Of a DNA stretch of 64,000 bases, positions 63,270 through 64,000 are shown piece by piece. This DNA comes from Styela clava. Taxonomy: Eukaryota. The position numbers were made by a program, and so were the translations under genes. Below the pieces are notes generated by a model that ran no database searches, was not told the DNA's origin, and saw nothing but the letters and a program-made list of their open reading frames with translations. Numbering within the stretch: position 1 is the stretch's first letter; each line of letters opens with the position of its first letter. The stretch lies in contig NC_135261.1 of NCBI RefSeq assembly GCF_964204865.1, positions 19,778,001 to 19,842,000 on the forward strand, given 5' to 3'.

Positions 63270-63797
63270 TTAACGTATTTTTGCCATTTTAGAGTTTGAA
63301 TGATTTTTGGTTTACGATGAGCAAGTCGTACTAAAGCATTGCGGAACCTGCTATTCAAGCATTGTTGTTGCTTCCATCAACATTGTTGTGCGACTCTGCA
63401 TTTTCAGTGCTGCTTGATATCAAATCGAAATAAAAGTCCGCTGAGCATGATTTACGTTGTTATGTTGCTAATGTTTCACCTCGTATCAATGAGCTGTAAT
63501 GATGCTGTAAATCAGGCTCATCCATCAAACTATCTAGGATTGCTTGGTTCAACCTGTCGATGAATTGTTAGTTTGATTGTAGTGTTTGTTTAAGCTCAGA
63601 TTACATCGTTATGGCATTGGTTAGTACTGATCACGCAGTATTTTCATAATAATTAGCAAATTTAGAGAAAATGTAATGAATTGCGCCGCTATAGAGAATA
63701 TTAGAGCCAAGAATAAGAAAATATTTTGGGGTTATACAAGCGATCTATAAATTGTCTGAAGGGGAACCTATGATCAGAAAGTTTGGGGAACCCTGTA
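63270..63797 (+). mobile_element. hAT (Buster/Charlie, ZBED8/FAM200-like) transposase C-terminal remnant and right end
   Basis: FWFTMSKSY..IAEPAIQALLLLPST.LCDSAFSVLLDIKSK...EHDLRCYVANVSPRINEL...QAHPS; terminus aaagtttggggaaccctg. Confidence 0.8.
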
Positions 63798-64000
63798 TTA
63801 GAGTAAATAGAAAATGTTATCTTTTCCAGTGATTTATACATAAAACTTTTTTCGGCTCTATCTTTAATGTACAACATATTTTATCCTGTGTGATATGTGG
63901 ACAGGGAAATTGGATCGTACATCCGCGGCCGGCGCCTACGAACGCTCTAAAACAGGCCATTGCAACCGCAAACTTGGTTTCTGTAAATCAGCATAAAGCG

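Overview
AT-rich eukaryotic (animal) genomic DNA with short GT-AG introns. It resembles a marine invertebrate such as an ascidian, but that is an inference. No prokaryotic features, CRISPR, rRNA or tRNA were found. I reconstructed exons by hand, and every recognisable host gene is on the minus strand and encodes a signal-peptide-bearing, cysteine-rich protein. (1) A SUEL/rhamnose-lectin + mucin WxxW-domain protein running off the left edge. (2) A 12-exon EGF/Sushi(CCP)/TIL mosaic protein. (3) A multi-TIL precursor with basic cleavage sites and amphipathic linkers. (4) A tandem family of ~210-aa secreted proteins ending in C-x-C-N, with two intact copies and several broken ones; they look like divergent noggin/trunk-type cystine-knot ligands. 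(5) A frameshifted multi-exon noggin-like pseudogene. (6) A weakly supported decayed CUB-like gene. Introns and spacers hold many hAT MITEs and transposase remnants, a Tc1/mariner fragment, a decayed Gypsy element and a Helentron-like repeat cluster. They also hold a 5.3-kb satellite of 20-bp units with ~1.2-kb higher-order structure, and Penelope-type terminal repeats carrying three minimal hammerhead ribozyme motifs with a compensatory stem-I change. Most ORFs in the supplied track are spurious or single exons.
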